Part shown: piece by piece, positions 53,249 to 64,000 of the stretch
How positions within the stretch are numbered: the first letter of the stretch is position 1
Layout of the letters: each line of letters begins with the position of its first letter
From: an uncultured delta proteobacterium
GTDB lineage: Bacteria; Desulfobacterota; WTBG01; CAIYCZ01; CAIRTM01
Length of the DNA stretch: 64,000 nucleotides
Direction: 5' to 3'
Assembly (NCBI GenBank): GCA_963804955.1
Contig: CAWDSQ010000020.1
Span: 246,758 to 310,757, forward strand
Position numbers and translations under genes: made by a program
The notes under the pieces: model-generated
Seen by the model: only the letters and a program-made list of their open reading frames with translations
Told to the model about the DNA's origin: nothing
Databases searched by the model: none

Positions 53249-55145
53249 TCATCTCGCCCATCTGATCGCGCCTTCGCAGCCGCCGATAAGCACGCGGTAT
53301 TCCTGCCACTCAAGCGGGTCGCCGTTGAACGTCGCCCGCATGAACATGAACCGCTTGAAAAACACTCGTGCGCTTAAAACCTCAATGGCATCAGACTCCC
53401 ACGTGATAGTCGGCGTTATCGCCAAATTCCGTGCCCCTCGCGCCAATGACCAGCAGGGTTCTGGTTCTCTCTTTGTCGCCGATAAGCCGGCCAAGAACTC
53501 CGGGTATAATTTTTACAGCGCATGTCGGTAAGATGTCGGTATAAAAGGCATCCGTATCATCAACGTCAAAGCCACTGCTGTTATCTGCATAGCCTGCAGG
53601 CGGCGTCAGAAAGCAAAACTCCGAGGCATTGTCGGCAAAGCCGTACCCGTCGCCATCTGCATCGCGGTAATAGGGAATCGGGTTGTGAATTGCGGAATTA
53701 TTATCATCGCAGTCCGGCCCCGCAGCACATCCTTGTCCATACGTGTCATTGTCATTATCAATACAGGCCGCCCAGGGCAGCGAGTTGCCCATCAGCCGGG
53801 CGCCATCTGTTGTGGCAGCCCAGCAGTCCGCCTGGGCATCGCTGGAGGGCGGGAAAAAGTTCAGGCCCACGATTTTCCCGGTGGTCGGTTTTTTTGTGGC
53901 CACCAGCGGAACGTCGTTGCTCCAATGCGCCACCTGGGTCGCGCTGGCAGTTAGTGTGATGACATTATGGTAACTACTTGACCCTCCGTCGAAGGAACTG
54001 ACGCCCGCCAGGATGGGATGGGTGCCCGCGTCCGAGATCAATGTAAGCGGTGTTCCGAAGGTATACGAGCCTGTCGTAAAAGGCAAATAGCCGCCGCTTA
54101 TGATCCGCCCCTTAAGTTCACACGGCCAACCAGTCAAGTACGAAAAAGCAGCCACTACAACGCCTCTTCCGGCATCTGCATAGTTTGCCAGCACATCGCC
54201 CATTAAAGTGCTGTCGGAAAAACCAAGATCACTGAACACAAACACGGCGCTATATTGCTGCAGTTCTCCCTGGCTTGGAGTGTAAGCTCCTGCATCGTGA
54301 ATATCCACCCGGGTAAACAAGCCGGTGCCGTTAATTTTACTTTGGACATCCGTTAAAAAGCCTGAAATGGCGGCGCCATAAATGCCAACCACACCGCTGG
54401 TGTCTGCTGTGATGCAATTTCCCGCCCAGGCCAGTGCGTTGCCCATCAGCCGTGCGCCATCCGTTGAGGCAGTCCATAAGGTCGGATTGGCATCGCTGGA
54501 GGGTGGATAAAAGTTCAGGCCCACGATTTTTCCGCTGGTCGGCTGTTTTGTGGCCACCAGCGGAACGTCGTTGCTCCAATGCGCGACCTGGAACGCACCG
54601 GCAGTCAGGGAGATTGTTTCATGGAAACTATCTGAACCTCCGTCGAAGGAGCTGACGCCTGCCAGGATGGGATGGGCCGGCACGTCCGGAATCAACGTGA
54701 GCGGTGTTCCAGAACTCTTAGCATTCTGTGTAAAAGGCAGGTAGCCGCCACTTACGATCCGCCCGCCAAGGTTGCCAATATTGAACGAAAAGGTAGCCAC
54801 TACAACGCCGCCGCCGGCATCTGCATAGTCTGCCAGCACATCGCCCAGTGCAGTGTTGTTACTGAAGGTATAATTACTGAACACAAGCACAGCGCTGTAT
54901 TGCTGCAGTTCTGCCAGGGTCGGAGTGTAGGATCTTACATCGTGAACATCCACCTGGGTAAACAGGCCGGTGCCCTCCAGTTTGCTCTGGACATCCTCTA
55001 ATCTGTCTAAAGTGTTTGCGCCATAAATGCCAACCTTGCAGGGGCCGGCTGCTGCGGCTTGATGCGGCGCTAAAAAGAATACCGCGAAACTTGCCAGGAG
55101 CGCCAGTGACAGGGTTAATGAAAAAACGCGAAAAATACGATTCAT
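53249..55145 (-). CDS. Secreted protein with two tandem ~205 aa repeats, Ca-binding (MopE-related) motif and C-terminal domain (frameshift near 53410)
   Basis: Signal peptide; VGIYGA...LAWA twice; CIDNDND.YG..C..GPDCDD; YYRDADGDGYG. Confidence 0.8.
53765..55034 (-). repeat. Intragenic tandem duplication (copies ~54420-55034 and ~53765-54389)
   Basis: Long near-identical DNA blocks, e.g. GTGGCCACCAGCGGAACGTCGTTGCTCCAATGCGC in both copies. Confidence 0.9.
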
Positions 55146-55518
55146 AAAATCCCCCTTTCACAGAAAAAAATTTTATATATAGGAATTTTTAGAAGAGGCA
55201 GGATCTATATGTAATCAATATAGCATAGGAATGTAGCAGCTAACAAGAGTAACGATTTCATTAACCTAATTAATTTTAATATTGGTATGCACAAACGATT
55301 ATCCACCCATGTGCCCCATGTAAGCAGACAAAATAATGCCCTATACAGGCAGTGACAGGAGTACGTGCATGGCTCTACCTGCTCCCGAATTTCGGCAAAC
55401 CCTTTTGAGCTTATGCCTCACAGACTTGTTTTTAAGAAGGAAAAAAGGTATAGCAAACAGGTAAAATGCAGTTTAGCGGCAACTATAAACCTGAACACTC
55501 CTATCGAATACAAGCACA

Positions 55519-56280
55519 ATGCCGACCATAACCGTTGATGATTACAAAATTCACTATCGTATGTCTAAACGGGCATCTGACGACACGCCCGCGGCCGTGT
55601 GCCTGCACGGCTCGGGTGCAGACAGCGTGGTGTGGGGCTACCAGGTAAGCCGCCTCAGTAAACAGTTCCGGATCATCGCGCCTGATCTTCCCGGTCACGG
55701 AGAAAATGAAGGCCCGGCGCTTGAGAGCTCAGAAGCCTATGCCCTATGGCTCGACCGCTTTGCGAGGGCTCTTGAGCTTGATACGTTCTTTTTGATGGGC
55801 CACTCCTTCGGCGGGGCAATAGCTCAGGAATATGCACGGCTGTACCCCGAAAAGCTCAAAGGCCTTATACTCATCGCCACGGGCACTGCTTTCAAACTCT
55901 CCAGCGCCTATCGTGAACTGCATGAACAGGGTGTGGATGTGGAAAGCCTTGACAGCGAGGCAATTCCCGCGTCAATACGGCAGGGATATGACATGCTCAA
56001 AAGGGTGAGCGGACCTCTGCTGCATGCCGATCTGCTTGCAGCCGGCTGCTTTGACAGCACGGCCTGGATTTCATCTGTGCAGACGCAGACCCTGGTGCTC
56101 TGGGGAAGCGCCGATTTCATCACTCCGCGTGCATTGCCCGAGCAGCTTGCCTGCATGCTCCCCAATGCCTCTTTTCAGGTTATTGAAAATGCCGGGCATG
56201 TGCTCATGGTTGAGGCAACGGAGGCCTTCAATACCGCAATCGCTGAATTCATGAACCGCGTTGAAAACCCCCGGGCGTGA
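55519..56280 (+). CDS. Alpha/beta hydrolase
   Basis: LHGSG, DLPGHG, GHSFGG, GSAD, AGH. Confidence 0.9.
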   Translation: MPTITVDDYKIHYRMSKRASDDTPAAVCLHGSGADSVVWGYQVSRLSKQFRIIAPDLPGHGENEGPALESSEAYALWLDRFARALELDTFFLMGHSFGGAIAQEYARLYPEKLKGLILIATGTAFKLSSAYRELHEQGVDVESLDSEAIPASIRQGYDMLKRVSGPLLHADLLAAGCFDSTAWISSVQTQTLVLWGSADFITPRALPEQLACMLPNASFQVIENAGHVLMVEATEAFNTAIAEFMNRVENPRA

Positions 56281-56384
56281 TCATCCAAAGAATGTTAAAA
56301 ATCAGCTGCTGCGCCATTCCCCTTCTAAGGTTCAAAAAAACATATTAGCAGGGTGGTTTCGATCAAACAGCTTCAATTTTTTTA

Positions 56385-57884
56385 TCAAAAGATATACTGA
56401 AGAAACGCATACAGAAATATCATCCTGAAAAGCTTCTGCCAGAGTTTTTCAACTTTGCCGTCGATTTTGCCGTCGCAGTTGTCATCGATCTTATTGCCCA
56501 TCTGCTCCCGGCTGCCCGGATGAACCGACGGGTTCGTGTCGTCGCAGTCACGCTCGGGATGGGCGCAGCCCGGGCCGCCCGCATAGCCATAGCCGTCATT
56601 GTCATTATCAACACATCCGAACGGCGGCGGCATGGTAAACCTGCCACCCCATACGGCGCAGGACTCAGCGCTTTGGGAGTCATCGCCCGAAGGCCTTCGG
56701 GCAATAGAAAATTCACCGCCGCCCTGTCCGGCAAATGAGGCGACAGGCTCGCCGCTGCCGATGCGCTTGATGGTTCCCGTAATGACGGGGAAGCGGCACA
56801 TGATGACATACTGGGAGGTAATGGGCGTTAAATCAGAAAGCATGGGAACCTGATTGTCTCCGATGTCGACGAAGGCCTCAACCGTATACTGACTGTTGCG
56901 GGCAATGACGGTCATGTCACGCGGCATGCACTGGCGCGCCTGCTGGTCATAGTGCCAGGCCGTGTGATACCATCCCAGTTCGCCTGCCGCGCCGGTAAAC
57001 CGCACAGCTTTGAGGTTGCCGCCATCGTAAAAACTCACATCAAGGTAATCCATGACCGCCGAATCATGATAGCTCTGGAGCGCCCACTGGACCTTCGTGG
57101 CATTGTCGGAAACAACGGCAAAGTCCCAGCCGCTGAAGTTGAACGCCCAGGGACCCCAGGCCTGCTCCCGGTAGCCATGGCCGTCGATAGGCACGGTCAT
57201 CCCCGTCACAAGATTGCGGATATAGCCCCGCACTCTGGTTCGCAGCCAGGTCATATCAACGCTCCAGTGCTGCAGAGGAATATAGGCGAAGTTGCCCGCA
57301 TCATAGCCGGTCACGGTTGAAAATGCTTGCTCATAGGCTGCATAGCAGCGCTCCGGCCAGTCCTGGCTCACGGCAAGTTCCCACTCGAACCTCTCGGTCC
57401 GGCCTTTCAGTATCAGCGTTTCATTGTCTGCAACAGGAATAATATGGCCGTAATAAACTCCTTTTTCTCCATGAAACTCACGAATATCGGCGGATGCAAC
57501 ATAGCCCTGTGCGCCGGGTCCGGTCCAGGTCCCAACGCCGAAATTGACATAGTCGGCGATCTCACCGGTTGCGGGAAATGTGCCGGATATTGCAACATTG
57601 CCGCCCGAGGGCATGAGGCCGGCCAGGTGCTGACGCGGATCGGCAACCACGTACCCGATACTGCCGGTAAAACCATCGTCATGAACCATGAAATAGTCCC
57701 ATTGAAAGGTGACGCCATCAAGAAAATACGGCTTGCCCTTTATGTAGTCGTCGTCGCTCAGCACCTGCCAGCCCTGCAGTCCTGTTGCGCAGCTTGCCTG
57801 AGGGAACCGGGACACTGTCGGTCCGATGAGCAGTGTAAGCACTATGGCGGAGGCAAGGACGCTGAGTATCCTGGTCATGCTCAT
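56385..57884 (-). CDS. Secreted protein with aromatic-rich beta domain and MopE-related Ca-binding motif
   Basis: Signal peptide; WDYF, GHGYREQAWG..GWDF (tocopherol-cyclase/lipocalin-like pattern, tentative); DNDNDGY..DCDD..VHPG..GNKIDDNCDG. Confidence 0.7.
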   Translation of the reverse strand: MSMTRILSVLASAIVLTLLIGPTVSRFPQASCATGLQGWQVLSDDDYIKGKPYFLDGVTFQWDYFMVHDDGFTGSIGYVVADPRQHLAGLMPSGGNVAISGTFPATGEIADYVNFGVGTWTGPGAQGYVASADIREFHGEKGVYYGHIIPVADNETLILKGRTERFEWELAVSQDWPERCYAAYEQAFSTVTGYDAGNFAYIPLQHWSVDMTWLRTRVRGYIRNLVTGMTVPIDGHGYREQAWGPWAFNFSGWDFAVVSDNATKVQWALQSYHDSAVMDYLDVSFYDGGNLKAVRFTGAAGELGWYHTAWHYDQQARQCMPRDMTVIARNSQYTVEAFVDIGDNQVPMLSDLTPITSQYVIMCRFPVITGTIKRIGSGEPVASFAGQGGGEFSIARRPSGDDSQSAESCAVWGGRFTMPPPFGCVDNDNDGYGYAGGPGCAHPERDCDDTNPSVHPGSREQMGNKIDDNCDGKIDGKVEKLWQKLFRMIFLYAFLQYIF

Positions 57885-58031
57885 GGCTATGTTCCTGAAT
57901 TGTTAAGGGTATCTGGTATTTCATCTTGATAACAGAGAATCGGCCGAAAAGCAAAAAGATCAGCGCTGCCCACAAACGATTTTTTCCCTGTAAGCAAGCA
58001 CATATCCCATGTACGACATGTTCCTGAATAC

Positions 58032-58060
58032 AAAAAAAAGGCGGCCTTCAGACCGCCTTT
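58032..58060 (-). terminator. Terminator after the Cache protein gene
   Basis: AAAGGCGG/CCGCCTTT stem with a U-run on the minus strand. Confidence 0.6.
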
Positions 58061-58087
58061 ACAATAAATTAAATAGTACCTATTCAA

Positions 58088-59315
58088 TCAGGGCTTTATG
58101 CGGACATAATAAACCATGCCCCGGTATCTGCCTTTTGGTTTAACCGGGCACAGGAGCAACTGGCCGATATTGCCTTCCATGAGCGGAGTTTCTACAAATG
58201 CCTCCCTGCCCTGCTGAACGGCCTGCATAAAAACGCTCTGCGGTGCATCGCGGACTGAATCAAATTTATAATTACTTAAGCTGTTCCCGGGCGGAAAGCC
58301 AAAAAGGGTCACGCATTTTTCATCAACCCACTGAACGCTGTACAGGCCTGGATTATTAACATAGAACTCTTGAAACAAGAGCGCCGAGATACTTTCGGTC
58401 ATTGCGGGCAATGGCATCCTGCATTTCATCAAGGGCGACAAATTCGCGGAACGCCTCATTCAGACTTTTCAGGCCCAGCTCTTCAAGAGTCTTTTTGCCG
58501 TTGACGCCCTCTTTCTCAGCTTTAGTCAAAACAATACGCCACGGCGTACCACAAATCGCGATAGTCTTCCAGTAGGCATATTTTTTCACGCTCTCCTTGA
58601 GCCCCTTGCCTAAAAAATCATATGACGCCGATCCATCGGGTGAATCTGCTATGGCTCGCGCCGCAGCAAGAAGGCCGGGAAAAGGCTTATAAAGATCATC
58701 ACTGAAAACATTGCGTCCAATCTCCTCGGCATCGGGGTCATAGATTATTCTGCCTGCCGGTTCCATTGCCCAGATGTCAACCGGCACACCTGAAATTCTT
58801 TGCTCAACGATGCTTTTCAGGAGCGACTCCGGCCTTAGAAGCATACTGATCGAACCAAGACAATCTCCTTTATCAATTACGGGGTACTGCACAGAAACCG
58901 CATAAAATCCTTCAACTGTCATGAAAGCTTCAGACATGCCGGGCTTTTTATCAGCAAGCATCTTTATTATATGCGCCTGACCGGAAATATCCTTACCCTC
59001 CAATGTTCTGTAATACGCCGGTTCCACAAAACGGATGACACCCCTAGTATCGATAAATGCCAGGTCTGCGGCATAGTGATGCTTTTTATACAGGTCGTTC
59101 AATAGCGCCCTGACACGCGTCGTATCAGCTCCTGAGGCGGCAATCCCACCGGCTGCGAGCTCCATATCGCTTTGAATAACGGCAGATGCTGCGTCAAGCT
59201 CTTTCACGATGTCGCCGAGTGCAAGGGGCTCGTCAAAAGAGGATCCGGCTCTAAAGCATGTGATACAGCATCCGGTAAAAAATATAAGGAAGAGCAGCAA
59301 AAACAACTTTCTCAT
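58088..59315 (-). CDS. Exported Cache-domain protein without cytoplasmic output domain (frameshift near 58385)
   Basis: Signal/lipobox FTGC; GKDISGQAH, AVSVQYPV, GRIIYDPD.EEIG.N, WRIV; second Cache-like part ending YYVRIKP. Confidence 0.72.
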
Positions 59316-59439
59316 GGGAGCATCCTTTCTGATGGTTTATACAATGTGCAAATTTTATGATAGCAGACGTATCACAGATGCGCATTGTCTGTCGTCAAAA
59401 ATTTGTATTTCAAATCCATTCTATTTGAGCTATACTCTT

Positions 59440-59605
59440 CAACGTTACGGGAACCGGAAACGGTTTAATAGGGAAGACGGTGAAAGTCCGTCGCGGACCC
59501 GCCGCTGTAACCGGGAACGAAGGCCGCACAACGTATGCCACTGTTCGATCGAATGGGAAGGCGCGGCTGGAGGATGATCCGGAAGCCAGAAGACCTGCCC
59601 GAAAC
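59440..59605 (+). ncRNA. Cobalamin (AdoCbl) riboswitch
   Basis: AATAGGGAAGACGGTGAAAGTCCG..CCCGCCGCTGT, GCCACTG..GGGAAGG, B12 box AGCCAGAAGACCTGCC, upstream of cbiM. Confidence 0.93.
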
Positions 59606-59665
59606 ATACCAGGCGCATTACCCGTGGTAGGGTTGCGCCGCCTGTTAGGATGGATGAAAAACGGC

Positions 59666-59706
59666 ATCCCCCTGTCTGGCACTGACCAGGCAGGGGGATT
59701 TTTTTA
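59666..59706 (+). terminator. Riboswitch expression-platform terminator
   Basis: ATCCCCCTGTCTGG/CCAGGCAGGGGGAT stem with T-run before the cbiM SD. Confidence 0.8.
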
Positions 59707-59725
59707 TGACACAAAGGAGCCGTTG

Positions 59726-60475
59726 ATGCAAAAAACAGCCCTGAGGGCCACCGCATTTTTACTCATGTTGCTACTGCTGGCACTGCCGGATCAGGCCTTT
59801 GCCATGCATATCATGGAGGGCTTTCTGCCGCCCGGCTGGTGCCTTTTCTGGTGGCTCGCGGCTGCTCCTTTTCTGATTACAGGATTTTTTAAAATAAAAA
59901 AGATCATTCGGGACCGGCCGGAGGCCAAAATGCTGCTTGCCTTTGCCGGAGCATTTATATTCGTTCTCTCGGCGCTTAAACTGCCATCGGTCACGGGAAG
60001 CTGTTCGCACCCGACAGGAACCGGCCTCGGCGCCATACTGTTTGGCGCGCTGCCCATGGCGGTCATGGGCTCCATAGCTTTGCTGTTTCAGGCGTTGCTG
60101 CTTGCCCATGGCGGCATTACAACGCTCGGGGCCAACATTTTTTCCATGGCCGTTTGCGGCCCCATGATTGCTGCAGGCCTCTATGGCATTACGCGCAGGC
60201 TGCATATGCGGCAATGGCTCTGCGTATTCCTGAGCGCCTGCCTGGGGGATCTTTGCACCTATATCGTCGCATCGCTGCAGCTTGCTGCTGCTTTCCCGGC
60301 AGAGCATGGCGGCATCATGGTCTCATTTATAAAATTTGCCGGTATTTTCGCTGTAACGCAGCTGCCTCTTGCCATAAGCGAAGGGTTGCTTACGGTCGTG
60401 GTCTTTAATGTTCTGTCGGCCTACAGCGCTGGAGAACTCGGGCCCCTGTCTGTTTTCAGCCGGAAGGAGGCCTGA
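59726..60475 (+). CDS. cbiM: Cobalt ECF transporter S component
   Basis: Signal peptide then AMHIMEGFLP, GSCSHPTG, QALLLAHGG, FAVTQLPLAISEG. Confidence 0.95.
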   Translation: MQKTALRATAFLLMLLLLALPDQAFAMHIMEGFLPPGWCLFWWLAAAPFLITGFFKIKKIIRDRPEAKMLLAFAGAFIFVLSALKLPSVTGSCSHPTGTGLGAILFGALPMAVMGSIALLFQALLLAHGGITTLGANIFSMAVCGPMIAAGLYGITRRLHMRQWLCVFLSACLGDLCTYIVASLQLAAAFPAEHGGIMVSFIKFAGIFAVTQLPLAISEGLLTVVVFNVLSAYSAGELGPLSVFSRKEA

Positions 60476-60476
60476 A

Positions 60477-60782
60477 ATGAAGGCAAGTCGAACGGGGCTG
60501 CAAAACATCGTATTTCTGCTTCTTGCAGTGGCGCTTGCCGTTGCGCCATTTCTCATACAATCAGGAGCTGAATTCGTAGGCGCCGATAACCTTGCCGAAC
60601 AGGCCATAACCCGGCTTCGGCCCGATTACGCACCCTGGTTCCATTCGCTGTGGAAGCCGCCGAGCAGCGAAGTGGAAAACCTGCTGTTTACCCTGCAGGC
60701 AGCCCTTGGAGCAGGATTCATAGGCTACTATCTCGGCTCGCGCAGAAACCGCAAAAAGAATTCGGACAATGATCGCTCCTGA
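60477..60782 (+). CDS. cbiN: Cobalt transport protein CbiN
   Basis: EFVGAD, YAPWF..LW.PPS.EVE.LLF.LQAALGAG.IGY. Confidence 0.93.
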   Translation: MKASRTGLQNIVFLLLAVALAVAPFLIQSGAEFVGADNLAEQAITRLRPDYAPWFHSLWKPPSSEVENLLFTLQAALGAGFIGYYLGSRRNRKKNSDNDRS

Positions 60783-61509
60783 CACCTGGGCCTACACAAA
60801 CTCGCTTGCAAAAATACACCCGGCTGAAAAATGCCTGCTTGCGGCGGCTCTGCTGTGCCTGAATCTGGCAACGCCTGCGGTCATTCCGGTATCATGCATC
60901 ATTTTTTGTTTCATGTGCAGTCTGACCATATTCAAGGCGGGCATTCCGCCCTCGGTCTACGGCAAACTGCTGCTCACGCCCCTTGTTTTTCTCTGCGCGG
61001 GGGCTGGAGCTGTGATAATAGATATTTCTCCTGATCATGCCGGCTATATAGCTATAAGCTCTCAGGGCATGCATACAGCTATTATTATTGCCTGCCGCGG
61101 CCTGGGTGCGGCGGCATGTCTGCTCTTTATCTGTTTGACAACCCCTGTTGCAGATATCACCTGGTTGCTTGCCCGCCTGCGGCTGCCGGGGCTGCTCATA
61201 GACCTGCTTGATTTAACCTACCGCTGCATCTTCATACTTGCCGGTGCTGCTGAAACAATCATTGCGGCGCAGTCTTCACGCCTGGGATATGCAACAGTAA
61301 AAACAGCCTACCGGTCTTTGGGAACACTTGCAGCAGCAAGTATCATACGTTCGCTTGTAAACGCACGTCTGATGCAGCAGGCCTTTGACAGCCGCTGTGG
61401 CGACGGACCGATACGTGTTATGCATGCCCCATGGCCGATTTCAAAAAAAAATTGCATAGCCGTGTTACTTGCTGTGATTATCATCGCGGCATGCGGCTTT
61501 TTCAGGTGA
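60769..61509 (+). CDS. cbiQ: Cobalt ECF transporter T component
   Basis: HPAEK, LTTP, LTYR.IF, AQSSRLGY, DSRC. Confidence 0.88.
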   Translation: MIAPDTWAYTNSLAKIHPAEKCLLAAALLCLNLATPAVIPVSCIIFCFMCSLTIFKAGIPPSVYGKLLLTPLVFLCAGAGAVIIDISPDHAGYIAISSQGMHTAIIIACRGLGAAACLLFICLTTPVADITWLLARLRLPGLLIDLLDLTYRCIFILAGAAETIIAAQSSRLGYATVKTAYRSLGTLAAASIIRSLVNARLMQQAFDSRCGDGPIRVMHAPWPISKKNCIAVLLAVIIIAACGFFR

Positions 61510-61516
61510 TCCGACC

Positions 61517-62368
61517 ATGAACCAGCCCTTTATTCTTGAAGCCCTGAACGTCAGCTATGCCTATCCTGACGGCACAACCGCCCTCAGTGCTGTAGCAACA
61601 GGCATCAGGCGGGGGGAAAAAATTGCCGTTCTCGGCGCAAACGGCGCCGGCAAAACAACTCTGTTTCTGCACTTTAACGGCATTTTCAGGCCCACCCGCG
61701 GCGCCATTCTGTTGAACGGCACACCCCTTCTGTATGACCGCCGCTCCCTGCGGAACCTGCGCAGCAAAGTTCAGATTGTTTTCCAGGAGCCTGACACCCA
61801 GCTTTTTTCCGCGCGGGTATACCAGGACATATCATTCGGAGCCTTGAATCTGGGGCTGCCGAACGATGAAGTACTGCGGCGGGTCGAGGCAGCCCTCCAG
61901 ACTGTTGACATTGAACATTTACGGAATAAACCCACCCATTTTCTCAGTCATGGAGAAAAAAAGCGCGTCGCGATTGCCGGAGCCCTGGTCATGAACCCTG
62001 AGGTCTTGATCATCGATGAGCCGACTGCCTGCGTCGATCCACGGCATCAGCAGGAACTGCTGGATCTTTTCGACAAGCTCAACAGAAGGGGAACCACCAT
62101 TCTGCTCTCAACCCATGATGTTGAGCTTGCCTGGCAGTGGGCCGACAGAATCCTTGTTATGCATAATGGCCAACTTGCCCGTGAAGGGGACCCTCACACG
62201 GTGTTCTCCGATGACAGGCTCTTACAAACGGCAGGCTTGTGTAAGCCCCTGGCGCTTGAGGTGTTCGATGCTCTGCGTCTACAAGCAAAATTAGCACCTG
62301 ATGCTGCCCCGCCGAGAACCAAACACGCCTTCTTGGAAATGCTTTTTAAAAAACTTTACTACAACTAA
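61517..62368 (+). CDS. cbiO: Cobalt ECF transporter ATPase
   Basis: GANGAGKTT, VFQEPD, LSHGEKKRVAIAG, IDEPT, STHD. Confidence 0.93.
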   Translation: MNQPFILEALNVSYAYPDGTTALSAVATGIRRGEKIAVLGANGAGKTTLFLHFNGIFRPTRGAILLNGTPLLYDRRSLRNLRSKVQIVFQEPDTQLFSARVYQDISFGALNLGLPNDEVLRRVEAALQTVDIEHLRNKPTHFLSHGEKKRVAIAGALVMNPEVLIIDEPTACVDPRHQQELLDLFDKLNRRGTTILLSTHDVELAWQWADRILVMHNGQLAREGDPHTVFSDDRLLQTAGLCKPLALEVFDALRLQAKLAPDAAPPRTKHAFLEMLFKKLYYN

Positions 62369-62923
62369 ATCCAACTTGCTTTCCCCTAAAAAAAATGTAT
62401 GCTCGCTGTTACAAATCAATATAAATCTAAATCCCTGCAAACCATTGATATAAATTTTTCTACAGTTCAGGCTGCAACTATCGAAAAGGTTATTATATAT
62501 TATGCAGATCAAATGAAACGTGCGTTTTAAGGGGATATTCTTTTTGAAGCAAAATTCGTAACTGAAAGAAAACAACGCACTGAATGAATCTGTCGGCTTC
62601 TCTTACGAAACGGTTCAACCAGTTAAAAAATGCTTTTTCGTTCCGGCTTTTTTTATGAGCTTGTTCGATGAGAAGTATTTATGTTATTGCGTATGCAGCA
62701 TTGACCGCATGCACAGCTTTCATTTCCTGAATTATATTAGACACAAACCTTAATAGTAATTTTATCGTTCGAGAGTAATTGATTCTGTATAGCTTATATT
62801 AAAATTTTAATTTTTAATATAAATATTTATTTAAAAATGACGTAAAAGCCCAAAAAAAAAGTTGCTAAATAAAAGCTTTAGTGTACTATCTAATTGCACA
62901 CAAATCAGAGAATGGGAAACGGC

Positions 62924-64000
62924 ATGAAAAATTTTCTTAGCTTGATGAGTACGATTGCCTTCGTGGTTTGCTTATTTTACTCAAACACAGTTCCCTGTCT
63001 GGCGCTGGAGCCGTTACAGGATAATGGCGCATACCTGACCCGGCCCTTGCCATTAAAGGCAATAGGGTTGAAATGCCGCTAAAAAGCGTCCTGCTGCTGG
63101 GTCTGAAAAACAACCTAAACATACAGTTTGCAAGCTATACGCCCGGCATTACCGAAACAGGCATACAGCTTGAAAAAGGAAAGTTCGACACGCTGCTCAG
63201 CACGCAATATCAAAAAAACCGCAGTGTGACGCAAACCGGCAACGCCCTGGGCAGCACTTCCAGCCCGGTGGTCAAGGAGGAACGGCACAACTGGGAAGGT
63301 AAACTGCAGAAAAAATTTCTGACGGGAACCCAGGCGGAACTGAAAACGACCAATGAAGAATATCTGACAGACACAAGCTTTCAGGGACTGAAGCCGCAGT
63401 TCAAAAATACTCTCGCCTTGTCGCTTACCCAGCCGCTGCTGAAGGATTTCGGCATCGGCATCAATGAAACATTCATAAAAATCGCTAATTTAAACTACCA
63501 GACATCGGAATACGAGTTCCGCGATCAGGTTATGAATGTCATGTATCAGATCGAGGCCTTTTACTGGGATCTCTATTACAGGAATCAGGATTTACTGGCC
63601 AAGCAGGACTCCCTTAAGCAGGCTGAGGAACTGCAGCGCGAATTCGGGATTCGCATCGAAGCCGGGGCGCTGGCGCCCATAGAAATTCATCAGGCAGACG
63701 CCAATGTTGCCCAGCGCAAACAGGAGGTCATCGTTGCGCAGGCCGCGGTGCAGGCAGCTGAGGACTATCTGAAGGCCGCTCTCAATCTCTATGACCAGAA
63801 AGAGTACTGGGATGTTCAAATCGTGCCCTCGGACCTGCCCAATGTCATCAACATTAAACCATCTGTTGACGAGTGCGTCAAAACAGCCTTTGAGAATCGG
63901 CCGGATTTAAAGCAGGCCCAGCTGGGCATCCGTGCATCGGAACTGCAGCTCAAATACGCAAAAAATCAGAAACTGCCCAATCTTGCTCTGTTCGGTTCAA
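62924..64000 (+). CDS. TolC-family outer membrane efflux protein (frameshift near 63040-63080; runs off the window end)
   Basis: Signal peptide; LKNNLNI, GKFD, LSLTQPLLK.FG, FYWDL, RIEAGAL, AFENRPDL, NQKLPNL. Confidence 0.85.

Noticed and set aside
59480..59725. Long N-terminal extension of CbiM in the ORF track
   Set aside because: It is the cobalamin riboswitch leader; the real start follows AAGGAG at 59726
62370..62900. Long AT-rich spacer with a 94 aa minus-strand ORF
   Set aside because: No SD or motif support, overlaps cbiO; no clear structured RNA seen

Overview
Bacterial chromosomal window of moderate GC; gene content is consistent with an anaerobic Gram-negative organism, probably Desulfobacterota/deltaproteobacterium-like (inference). 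Many genes, including essential ones such as purF, carB and psd, carry single-base frameshifts that look like long-read indel errors, so I reconstructed genes across them. From left to right: divergent-type membrane pyrophosphatase, dusB-radA-psd, purM, an uncharacterised three-gene membrane/4Fe-4S operon, a thiE-F-S-G-H cluster, and a large nitrogen-assimilation block. That block holds carA, carB, purF, pyrG, type III glutamine synthetase, a GAF/NifA-like sigma54 activator, a PPDK-domain protein, gltBD, an inserted AbiE toxin-antitoxin plus DUF499 remnant, and a second, non-canonical four-gene glutamate-synthase-like operon that includes a FAD oxidase and a degenerate FMN barrel. Then come lipAB, sppA, secreted repeat proteins, a stand-alone Cache protein, a cobalamin riboswitch with cbiMNQO, and a TolC-family gene. 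The most notable signals are four sigma54 -24/-12 promoters (glnA, gltB, the second GOGAT-like operon, and an orphan one with no annotated gene downstream), a TTACA-N4-TGTAA-like palindrome at enhancer distance from three of them, the atypical GOGAT operon itself, and the unknown membrane redox operon.
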